The position numbers were made by a program, and so were the translations under genes. From Halorhodospira sp. (GTDB taxonomy: Bacteria > Pseudomonadota > Gammaproteobacteria > Nitrococcales > Halorhodospiraceae), in NCBI GenBank assembly GCA_046546255.1, contig JBKGYE010000003.1, forward strand, positions 2,773-66,772: a stretch of 64,000 bases of DNA, read 5' to 3'. This document shows, in pieces, positions 35,754-43,887 of this stretch. How positions within the stretch are numbered: the first letter of the stretch is position 1; the number at the start of each line of letters is the position of its first letter. Below the pieces are notes generated by a model. That model saw only the letters and a list, made by a program, of their open reading frames with translations. It searched no databases and had not been told where the DNA came from.

Positions 35754-37178
35754 ATGCGGGCACCTGTCTCCGTGGTCATCCTGGCTGCGGGCAAGGGGAC
35801 CCGCATGCGGTCGACCTTGCCCAAGGTCCTCCAACCGCTGGCTGGCCGGACCCTCCTCGCCCATGTGCTTGATACCGCCCTTGCCCTCGACCCCTGCCAA
35901 ATCCTCGTGGTCTACGGCCATGGCGGGGATCAGGTGGCGGCAGCGCACGCCGATTATCCAGTCCACTGGGTTGAGCAGCCCGAGCAGCTCGGCACGGGGC
36001 ATGCTGTAGCCTGCGCCCTGCCAACGATCCCCGATGCGCATCGTGTCCTGGTGCTCTACGGCGATGTACCGTTGGTCACACCGCAGACCTTGGCGCCGCT
36101 GCTTGAGGGCGAGGAAGAGGAACTAGCGCTGCTGACTGCCCAGGTGGCCGATCCTACCGGTTACGGCCGGATTGTGCGCGATGCGCACGGCGCTGTGCGT
36201 GCTATCGTCGAGGAGAAGGACGCCTCCCCCGAGCAGCGCCGGTGTCACGAGATCAACACGGGTCTGCTCGCCGCCCCTGCAGAGGCCCTGCGACGCTGGA
36301 TGGACGACCTCTCGGCAGACAATGCCCAAGGTGAATACTACCTCACGGATGCTGTTGCCGCCGCCCGGCACGAAGGCCGATCGGTGAGCGCGCGTGTTGC
36401 CCTGGAGGCGACCGAGGCAGCGGGCATCAATGATCTGCTCCAGCTTGCTGAGGCGGAGCGGCTTTGGCAGCGCCGGCAGGCGGAGCGCCTGCTCCGTGCC
36501 GGACTGCGGCTGGTCGCCCCCGAGCGCTTTACGCTCCGTGGCCAGGTCCGCCACGGTACCGACTCGACGGTGGATGCCGATTGCTTGCTTGAGGGCGAGG
36601 TGGTCCTCGGCGATGGGGTCAGTATCGGCCAAGGGGTCGTCCTACGCGACTGCACCGTCGAGGACGGCGCAGTCATCCACCCCTATACTGTGGCCGAGGA
36701 GGCGCATATCGGTACCGGCTGCGAGGTAGGCCCCTTTGCGCATCTGCGGCCGGGGACGGTGCTTGAGGCACAGGCGCGGGTAGGGAACTTCGTAGAGACG
36801 AAGAAGGCCCACCTCGGATCTGCAGCGAAGGCGAACCACCTCAGCTATGTCGGCGATGCCGAGGTCGGCCCCCGGGCGAACCTGGGGGCAGGGACGATCA
36901 CCTGCAATTACGATGGTGCTACCAAGCATCGGACCGTGATCGGCGCCGACGCCTTTGTTGGTTCCGGTACCCAGCTGGTCGCTCCGGTGCGCATCGGGGA
37001 GCGTGCCACCATCGGGGCCGGTACGACGGTGACCCGGGATGCAGAGCCCGATGCCCTGACTGTGGGCCGGTGTCGAGACCGCACGGTGCCAGGATGGCAG
37101 CGACCTGGCATGACGCCTCACACCGGGGCTGCGGATGATGACGCTGATCCCGCGGCTTCCGGCGATATCAAGGAATGA
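35754..37178 (+). CDS. glmU: Bifunctional UDP-GlcNAc pyrophosphorylase/glucosamine-1-phosphate acetyltransferase
   Basis: LAAGKGTRMRS..PKVL, LGTGHAV, NAQGEYYLTD, GNFVETK, HLSYVGDA, TCNYDG. Confidence 0.97.
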   Translation: MRAPVSVVILAAGKGTRMRSTLPKVLQPLAGRTLLAHVLDTALALDPCQILVVYGHGGDQVAAAHADYPVHWVEQPEQLGTGHAVACALPTIPDAHRVLVLYGDVPLVTPQTLAPLLEGEEEELALLTAQVADPTGYGRIVRDAHGAVRAIVEEKDASPEQRRCHEINTGLLAAPAEALRRWMDDLSADNAQGEYYLTDAVAAARHEGRSVSARVALEATEAAGINDLLQLAEAERLWQRRQAERLLRAGLRLVAPERFTLRGQVRHGTDSTVDADCLLEGEVVLGDGVSIGQGVVLRDCTVEDGAVIHPYTVAEEAHIGTGCEVGPFAHLRPGTVLEAQARVGNFVETKKAHLGSAAKANHLSYVGDAEVGPRANLGAGTITCNYDGATKHRTVIGADAFVGSGTQLVAPVRIGERATIGAGTTVTRDAEPDALTVGRCRDRTVPGWQRPGMTPHTGAADDDADPAASGDIKE

Positions 37179-37181
37179 GGA

Positions 37182-38015
37182 ATGAGCATGTTCGACCATA
37201 CCATCGTCGCGGTGCATTTCGAGTCACCTTACCAGCCGCTGCTCGATACCCTTAGCGAGTTGCACAAGCTGGGGGCGCAGCGGTTCACGTTGGTGGACGT
37301 CCTGCGTATCGACGACGTCGAGGCGCTGAGCAAAGCGCACCGTGACGAGGCGCGCCGGCGCCTGGAGCAAAGGCGGGCGGACCTGCAAGCCGCCGGCTTC
37401 GAGGTCTACATCCAGCAACCTGAGGGGTTCCCGGCTCCAGAACTCGCCAAGATCGGGCGCGGCTACGGCGCGCAGCTGATTCTGCTCGGCTCGCGGGGAG
37501 AAGGGCTGCTGCGCGAGTTCTATCATGGCTCCACTGTGCTGGAGCTGGCGCGGCAGACCGCACTGCCGGTGCTGGTGGAGCGCATCGATCCGGATCCTGC
37601 TACCTACAGCCACGGGGAGACCTTGAGCAGTCCTTTGCTGGCCACCGATTTCTCCGAGCCCGCAGGGGCGGCACAGTCGCTTGCGCTTGAGCTCGGGGAG
37701 CAAGTCGGTGAGTTGCTCCTGCTTCACGTCACCGATGAGGATCATCGCACGCAGGGCCAGGATCAGCTTCAGCAGCTCGCCGCTGAGGCCGAGAATCGTG
37801 GGATCCGGGTAACGACACGGCTTGAGGTCGGCACCCCATCACGGGTGATCCATAGCGTGGCGGAGCGCGAAGGCAGCAGCGTCGCGATCCTCGGCAAGCG
37901 CGGCGATGGACCGGCCCGGGAGGTGGCACTCGGGTCCACGGCACAGCAGGCTTGTCGCCACTGTCCGTGCTCGGTGCTCCTGGTGCCTCACCAACAGGGT
38001 ATCTGGAACCGCTGA
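37182..38015 (+). CDS. Tandem universal stress protein (two USP domains)
   Basis: Two USP repeats with GSRG-x9-GST and GKRG-x9-GST motifs; LLATDFSE; LLLLHV. Confidence 0.88.
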   Translation: MSMFDHTIVAVHFESPYQPLLDTLSELHKLGAQRFTLVDVLRIDDVEALSKAHRDEARRRLEQRRADLQAAGFEVYIQQPEGFPAPELAKIGRGYGAQLILLGSRGEGLLREFYHGSTVLELARQTALPVLVERIDPDPATYSHGETLSSPLLATDFSEPAGAAQSLALELGEQVGELLLLHVTDEDHRTQGQDQLQQLAAEAENRGIRVTTRLEVGTPSRVIHSVAEREGSSVAILGKRGDGPAREVALGSTAQQACRHCPCSVLLVPHQQGIWNR

Positions 38016-38016
38016 T

Positions 38017-39846
38017 ATGTGCGGAATCGTTGGTGCCTGTGCCCAGCGTGACGTGGCCCCGGTGTTGCTTGAGGGGCTGCGTCGGCTGGAGTATCGCGGC
38101 TACGACTCTGCCGGCCTAGCCGTGATCGATCGTGATGGCCGACTCGCACGGACACGGGTAGCGGGTCGTGTGGAGGACCTGGCGGACACCCTCTCCCCTA
38201 GCCTCCCTGCGGGCGGGACAGGGATCGCGCACACCCGTTGGGCGACCCATGGGGTCCCTAATGACCTCAATGCCCATCCTCACACCGCTGCCGGTGAGGT
38301 CGCCCTCGTTCACAACGGTATCATTGAGAACCACGAGCGCCTGCGAGAGCGCTTACGTGCCGACGGTCACGAATTCCACTCGGAGACCGACACCGAGGTC
38401 GCCGTCACCCTCTTCGCCGAGCGCCACCGCGGCGGCATGAGCCTGCTTGAGGCGGTACGGGGCAGCCTCGGGGAGCTTGAGGGCGCCTACGCCTTCGCCG
38501 TGATCTCGGCACGCGAGCCAGAGCGCATGATCGCCTGCCGCCGGGGTAGCCCGTTAGTGATCGGGGTGGGGATCGGTGAGCATTTCGTCGCCTCCGATGT
38601 GGCGGCGCTGCTGCCAGTGACCCGGCAGTTCATCTTCCTCGAGGATGGGGACATCGCCGAGGTCTCCCGGGACGCGGTGACCGTCTACAACGCCGATGTT
38701 GAGCCTGTGGAGCGCCCCGTACAGACCTCGGAGCTTAGCCCGGATGCGGTCGAGCGTGGTAACTATCGCCACTTCATGCTCAAAGAGATCCACGAGCAGC
38801 CGGCGGTAGTGGCCGAGACCCTCGAAGGCCGTCACGCCGATGGCCGGGTTTTGGAAGCCGCATTCGGCCCTGGAGCGGCAGAGTTGCTCGATCGCGCAGA
38901 TCGGCTGCAGATCGTTGCCTGCGGGACCTCTTATCACGCCGGGCTGATTGCCCGCTACTGGGCGGAGGCCTACGCCGGTCTCCCGTGTGAGGTCGAGGTT
39001 GCCAGCGAGTTCCGCTATCGTGCTCACGCCGTAGCTCCTGGAACCCTGGTAGTGGTCATCTCCCAGTCCGGCGAGACGGCGGATGTCCTCGCTGCCCTGC
39101 GCGAGTCGCGGCGTTTTGGTTATGCCGGTGCGCTGGCGCTCTGCAATGTCCCTGAGAGCTCTTTGGTTCGCGAGGCGGATCTGACCCTGCTCACGCGCGC
39201 CGGCCCGGAGATCGGGGTGGCCTCGACCAAGGCCTTCACCACGCAGCTGACCGCGCTGCTGCTGCTTATCGGCGCATTCGCTCGCCGGCGTGGCCGGCCG
39301 CAGGCTGAGCATGAGCTGGTGCGTGCGGCGGTGGCCTTGCCTGGTGCCCTCGAGCGCGCCGTGGCGGTTGAGCCGCAGGTGGCCGAGCTGGCCGAGCAGT
39401 TCGTCGATCGTGCCCATGCGCTGTTCCTCGGCCGGGGGGCCCACTATCCGGTGGCGTTGGAGGGGGCGCTCAAGCTCAAGGAGATCTCCTACATCCATGC
39501 AGAGGCGTATCCCGCCGGTGAGCTCAAGCACGGCCCGCTGGCGCTGGTCGATGACGGCATGCCGGTCATCGCTGTGGCGCCGCGTGATGATCTGCTCGAT
39601 AAGCTCCAGTCCAATCTCCAGGAAGTGCGAGCCCGGGGCGGGCGCCTCTATGTCTTCGCGGATGATGCTGCGGCGCTACGCTCCGGGACCGGCTTCCACG
39701 TCCTGCCTGTGCCGGCAGGGCCGGAGCCGATCTCACCGGTGATTCACACCGTACCGCTGCAGCTGCTCGCCTATCATGTAGCCGTGCTGCGTGGTACCGA
39801 CGTGGATAAGCCGCGCAACCTGGCGAAATCGGTCACCGTCGAATGA
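38017..39846 (+). CDS. glmS: Glutamine--fructose-6-phosphate aminotransferase
   Basis: Start MCGIVG at 38017; LEYRGYDSAG, HTRWATHG, SQSGET, C-terminal PRNLAKSVTVE. Confidence 0.98.
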   Translation: MCGIVGACAQRDVAPVLLEGLRRLEYRGYDSAGLAVIDRDGRLARTRVAGRVEDLADTLSPSLPAGGTGIAHTRWATHGVPNDLNAHPHTAAGEVALVHNGIIENHERLRERLRADGHEFHSETDTEVAVTLFAERHRGGMSLLEAVRGSLGELEGAYAFAVISAREPERMIACRRGSPLVIGVGIGEHFVASDVAALLPVTRQFIFLEDGDIAEVSRDAVTVYNADVEPVERPVQTSELSPDAVERGNYRHFMLKEIHEQPAVVAETLEGRHADGRVLEAAFGPGAAELLDRADRLQIVACGTSYHAGLIARYWAEAYAGLPCEVEVASEFRYRAHAVAPGTLVVVISQSGETADVLAALRESRRFGYAGALALCNVPESSLVREADLTLLTRAGPEIGVASTKAFTTQLTALLLLIGAFARRRGRPQAEHELVRAAVALPGALERAVAVEPQVAELAEQFVDRAHALFLGRGAHYPVALEGALKLKEISYIHAEAYPAGELKHGPLALVDDGMPVIAVAPRDDLLDKLQSNLQEVRARGGRLYVFADDAAALRSGTGFHVLPVPAGPEPISPVIHTVPLQLLAYHVAVLRGTDVDKPRNLAKSVTVE

Positions 39847-39859
39847 TAGGGCTTGAGGC

Positions 39860-40789
39860 ATGAATCTGCGCGACCTTCGCTATCTGGTCGCGGTGGCTGA
39901 GCATCGCCACTTCGGGCGGGCGGCCCGTGCCTGCTATGTCAGCCAGCCAACGCTCTCGACCCAGCTGAAGAAGCTGGAGAAATACCTAAAGGTACAGCTG
40001 GTTGAGCGCAATCGCCGCCGGGTCCTGTTGACACCGCTCGGTGAGCAGCTGGCAGAGCAGGCTCGTGTCATCCTCGCTGCTGTCGATGAGATGGTGGAGA
40101 CGGCTCGTGCCCAGGCCGAACCGATGACCGGCGATCTGCGTCTGGGCGTGATCCCTACGGTCGGCCCTTACCTGCTGCCCCACGTGATCCCCGATCTGGC
40201 TCGTAGCTACCCGCGCCTACGCCTGCACTTGCGTGAGGATCTCACTCAGCGCCTGCTGGATCAGCTGCGGGGCGGGCTCCTCGATGGGGCGATCCTTGCG
40301 ACGCCGGTCAACGGTGACGACCTGGTTGCTGACCGGCTCTGCCGTGAGCCCTTCTACTTGGCTGTACCTGCCGGTGATATCCTGGATCGACCCGAGGCGG
40401 TGACCATCGAGGAGTTGCGGGATAGCGAGCTGATGCTCCTTGAGGAGGGACATTGCCTGCGCGACCAGGCCCTGGAGCTTTGCCGTCAGGCGGCCATCGG
40501 TGAAGCGGCCTCTTTTCGGGCGACTAGCCTCGAGACGCTACGCCATATGGTAGCCGCCGGGGTCGGCGCAACCCTGCTGCCAGCGCTTGCTGCAGCGGCC
40601 TCACGAAGGGGACCGGACCACGACGCCATTGCCCTGCGCCCTTTCATCGAGCCGCCGCCTGCCCGCGAGCTGGCGCTGTACTGGCGCAGCGGCTCGGCCC
40701 GTGAGCCTACCTTCCGGGAGCTGGCCGCAAGCATACGAAAGATCCCTGTGCTACACGATCCGACCCAGAACCTACCAGCTCCTGAATGA
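39860..40789 (+). CDS. oxyR: H2O2-sensing LysR regulator OxyR
   Basis: MNLRDLRYLVAVAEHRHFGRAA..VSQPTLS; redox cysteines in LEEGHCLRDQALELC; ATSLETLR. Confidence 0.93.
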   Translation: MNLRDLRYLVAVAEHRHFGRAARACYVSQPTLSTQLKKLEKYLKVQLVERNRRRVLLTPLGEQLAEQARVILAAVDEMVETARAQAEPMTGDLRLGVIPTVGPYLLPHVIPDLARSYPRLRLHLREDLTQRLLDQLRGGLLDGAILATPVNGDDLVADRLCREPFYLAVPAGDILDRPEAVTIEELRDSELMLLEEGHCLRDQALELCRQAAIGEAASFRATSLETLRHMVAAGVGATLLPALAAAASRRGPDHDAIALRPFIEPPPARELALYWRSGSAREPTFRELAASIRKIPVLHDPTQNLPAPE

Positions 40790-42969
40790 TGGCTCCGGAT
40801 ACTCTGACCGCGGATCTCAACGAGGCACAGCGTGAGGCGGTGTGCCTGCCTCCAGGTCGCGCCCTGGTGCTCGCCGGCGCCGGTAGTGGCAAGACGCGGG
40901 TCCTCACCCGGCGAGCCGCTTACCTGGTCCAGGCTGAGGGGGCCTCGCCGTTCTCCATCCTTGCGGTAACCTTCACCAATAAGGCGGCTGCTGAGATGCG
41001 CGGGCGTATCAGCGAGCTGCTCGGTATCGGTACTGCTGGTATGTGGGTGGGCACCTTCCACGGTATTGCCCATCGCCTCCTGCGCCTGCATGCGCAGCGT
41101 GCCGGCCTGCCGGAGAGCTTTCAGATCCTCGACGCCGACGACCAGCTGCGCCAGGTCAAGCGGGTCCTGCGCGCTCGTGGTAACGACGAGTCCCGCTTTC
41201 CGCCGCGGCAGGTGCGCGCGTACATCAGCGCTCGTAAAGATGAGGGCGAGCGCCCTGGGGATATCCAGGATGCCGGTGAGGGTTATCAGCATGAGCTGCT
41301 CGCCATCTACCGTGACTACGAGGAAGCGTGCCGGCGCGGCGGCTTGGTGGATTTCTCGGAATTGCTGCTGCGCGCCTACGAGCTGCTGCGCGATGATCCC
41401 GAGCTGCTGGGCCACTACCAGCGGCGATTCGGGCATCTCTTGGTCGATGAGTTCCAGGATACCAATGCCCTGCAGTACCGATGGCTCAAGCAGCTCGCCG
41501 GTGCCGGGGCGGAGCTGTTCGTGGTGGGGGATGACGATCAGTCGATCTACGGCTGGCGTGGCGCCCGGGTGGAGAACCTCGATAGCTTTCGCCGCGAGTT
41601 GGGTGAGGTACGAGTGGTCCGCCTAGAGCAGAACTACCGCTCTACCAGTACGATCTTGGCGGCGGCGAACCACTTGATCGCCCATAACTCGAGCCGTCTG
41701 GGCAAGCAGCTTTGGACCGAGGGGCATACTGGTGAGCCGATCGACGTCTACGCCGCTTTCAACGAGGTCGACGAGGCACGCTGGGTGGTTGAGCGCATCC
41801 AGTCCCTGATGGCAGAAGCGTGGTACGGCTACGCCGACTTCGCCATCCTCTATCGCTCCAACGCCCAGTCCCGGGCCCTAGAGCAGGAGTTGCACGCTGC
41901 GCGTCTGCCGTATCGCGTCTATGGCGGGCAGCGTTTCTTCGAACGCGCCGAGATCAAGGATGCGTTGGCCTATCTGCGTCTGGTGGCTAATCGGCACGAT
42001 GACGCTAGTTTCGAGCGTGTGGTCAATACGCCGCCGCGCGGGATCGGGACCAAGACTTTGGAGGCGGTGCGCCACGCTGCCCGGGAGGGGGGCGCCAGCC
42101 TCTGGCAGGCCGCCCGCGGGCTCGTCGATGGTGGCCAGCTCCCTGCCCGGGCCCGTAATGCGCTCGCGGCCTTCCTCCAGCTGATAGACGGCTTAGAGAG
42201 GCATATCACCGCACGCCCCCTCCAAGATCAGGTCGAGCAAGTTCTCGGGGCGGCGCGGCTACGGCATTACCACGAGCGTGATGAGGCGCGGCTGGAGAAC
42301 CTGGACGAGCTGGTTACCGCGGCGCGTAGCTTCGCCCAGCGTGACGGTGCCGAGGAAGGGATGGACCCTTTGACCGCTTTCTTGACCCACGCTGCGCTGG
42401 AGGCCGGGGAGGGGCAAGCCGAGGACTGGGAGCGCTCGATCCAGCTGATGACGCTGCATGCGGCTAAGGGCTTGGAGTTCTCGGTCGTCTTCCTAGTGGG
42501 GATGGAGGAAGGGCTATTCCCCCATCGGATGGCCCTTGAGGAGGCCGGTCGCCTGGAAGAGGAGCGTCGTCTGTGCTATGTGGGACTGACGCGCGCGCAG
42601 CAGCGGCTGATCCTGACCCACGCTGAGCGGCGCCGGCTGCACGGGGTCGATCAGATGGCGTGGCCCTCACGGTTTCTCTCGGAGCTGCCCCGTAAGGCGC
42701 TCGAGGAGGTCCGTCCTGCGATGTCGGTGCGCCGCGGCCCCCCCGCCGCCGATACCCAAGCGGCTACGCCATCCCCTGCGGAGGCTACGGATAGCCCCCC
42801 CCAAGGACTGCGAATCGGTGGTCGGGTGCGTCATCAGCGGTTTGGGGACGGGGTGCTGCTTCGCTGCGAGGGGCATGGCGCCAATGCCCGTCTCCAGGTG
42901 CGCTTCGATACCGCCGGTACCAAGTGGCTGATCGCTAGCTACGCTGGCCTAGAGCCGGTAGGCTCCTGA
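40786..42969 (+). CDS. uvrD: DNA helicase II
   Basis: AGAGSGKTRVL, TFTNKAA, VDEFQDTN, GDDDQSIY, QNYRS, TLHAAKGLEF, EEERRLCYVG, C-terminal Tudor-like domain. Confidence 0.96.
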   Translation: MMAPDTLTADLNEAQREAVCLPPGRALVLAGAGSGKTRVLTRRAAYLVQAEGASPFSILAVTFTNKAAAEMRGRISELLGIGTAGMWVGTFHGIAHRLLRLHAQRAGLPESFQILDADDQLRQVKRVLRARGNDESRFPPRQVRAYISARKDEGERPGDIQDAGEGYQHELLAIYRDYEEACRRGGLVDFSELLLRAYELLRDDPELLGHYQRRFGHLLVDEFQDTNALQYRWLKQLAGAGAELFVVGDDDQSIYGWRGARVENLDSFRRELGEVRVVRLEQNYRSTSTILAAANHLIAHNSSRLGKQLWTEGHTGEPIDVYAAFNEVDEARWVVERIQSLMAEAWYGYADFAILYRSNAQSRALEQELHAARLPYRVYGGQRFFERAEIKDALAYLRLVANRHDDASFERVVNTPPRGIGTKTLEAVRHAAREGGASLWQAARGLVDGGQLPARARNALAAFLQLIDGLERHITARPLQDQVEQVLGAARLRHYHERDEARLENLDELVTAARSFAQRDGAEEGMDPLTAFLTHAALEAGEGQAEDWERSIQLMTLHAAKGLEFSVVFLVGMEEGLFPHRMALEEAGRLEEERRLCYVGLTRAQQRLILTHAERRRLHGVDQMAWPSRFLSELPRKALEEVRPAMSVRRGPPAADTQAATPSPAEATDSPPQGLRIGGRVRHQRFGDGVLLRCEGHGANARLQVRFDTAGTKWLIASYAGLEPVGS

Positions 42970-43064
42970 CACCCGTTGCTCTGAACGGCGGCCTTAGGGC
43001 GTATCTGTGGTCAGTCGTAAGCCGGCACGTCTGTCACGGCTTCTCCTCGGGCGCTACCTCTTGG

Positions 43065-43790
43065 CTAAAGGTCAAGCAGGATCTCCCGCTCCTCGCGGGA
43101 GGGATGGAAGCCTCGATCCTCGTAGTGCTGGAAGATTGCCTCAACGACTTCCTCTGGGGTGTCCACCACCTGGAATAGATCCATGTCCTCGGGGTTGATG
43201 GCCTGCTCCGCCACGAGGCGCTCTTGGAACCATGTCACGAGCTTCTCCCAGAAGGGTGTATGGACCAGGATGATGGGGATCCGGGGGGTCTTGCCAGTCT
43301 GCACCAGGGTCAGGATCTCGGCGAGTTCGTCCAGGGTCCCGAAACCGCCGGGCAGGACGACATAGGCCGAGGCGTATTTGACGAACATCACCTTGCGCGA
43401 GAAGAAGTGCCGGAAATGCAGGGCGATATCCTGGTACGGGTTCGGATGCTGCTCCTTGGGTAGCTGGATGTTGAGGCCGACACTGGGCGATTTGCCGGCC
43501 TGTGCCCCCTTGTTGGCTGCCTCCATGATGCCCCCGCCCCCACCGCTGACCACCGAGAAGCCGGCATTGGAGACCTCGCAAGCGACGTGCTCAGCGAGGC
43601 GATAGTAGGGGTGTTCGGTGTCGACCCGGGCCGAGCCGAAGATGCTCACGGAGGGCTTGATGGCGGAGAGGCGCTCAAAGCCCTCTACGAACTCCGCCAT
43701 GATCTGGAAGATCTTCCAGGACTCACGGGTCAGGGTAGCGCCATTGACGGGGATACGTTCCTGCTGCGCGAAGGGGTTCTTCGGATCCAT
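43065..43790 (-). CDS. LOG-family nucleotide phosphoribohydrolase-like protein
   Basis: IFGSAR, SGGGGGIMEAAN, FFSRKVMFV, PGGFGTLDE; start MDPKNP inferred. Confidence 0.88.
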   Translation of the reverse strand: MDPKNPFAQQERIPVNGATLTRESWKIFQIMAEFVEGFERLSAIKPSVSIFGSARVDTEHPYYRLAEHVACEVSNAGFSVVSGGGGGIMEAANKGAQAGKSPSVGLNIQLPKEQHPNPYQDIALHFRHFFSRKVMFVKYASAYVVLPGGFGTLDELAEILTLVQTGKTPRIPIILVHTPFWEKLVTWFQERLVAEQAINPEDMDLFQVVDTPEEVVEAIFQHYEDRGFHPSREEREILLDL

Positions 43791-43887
43791 AAGATTGCGC
43801 TCGTGCGTGATCATCGTATGAGCTTTACAAGGCCTTATCATAGCGTTGCACTGCTGCATTCCGCGAGCCGCCACAGAGAGCACACGC

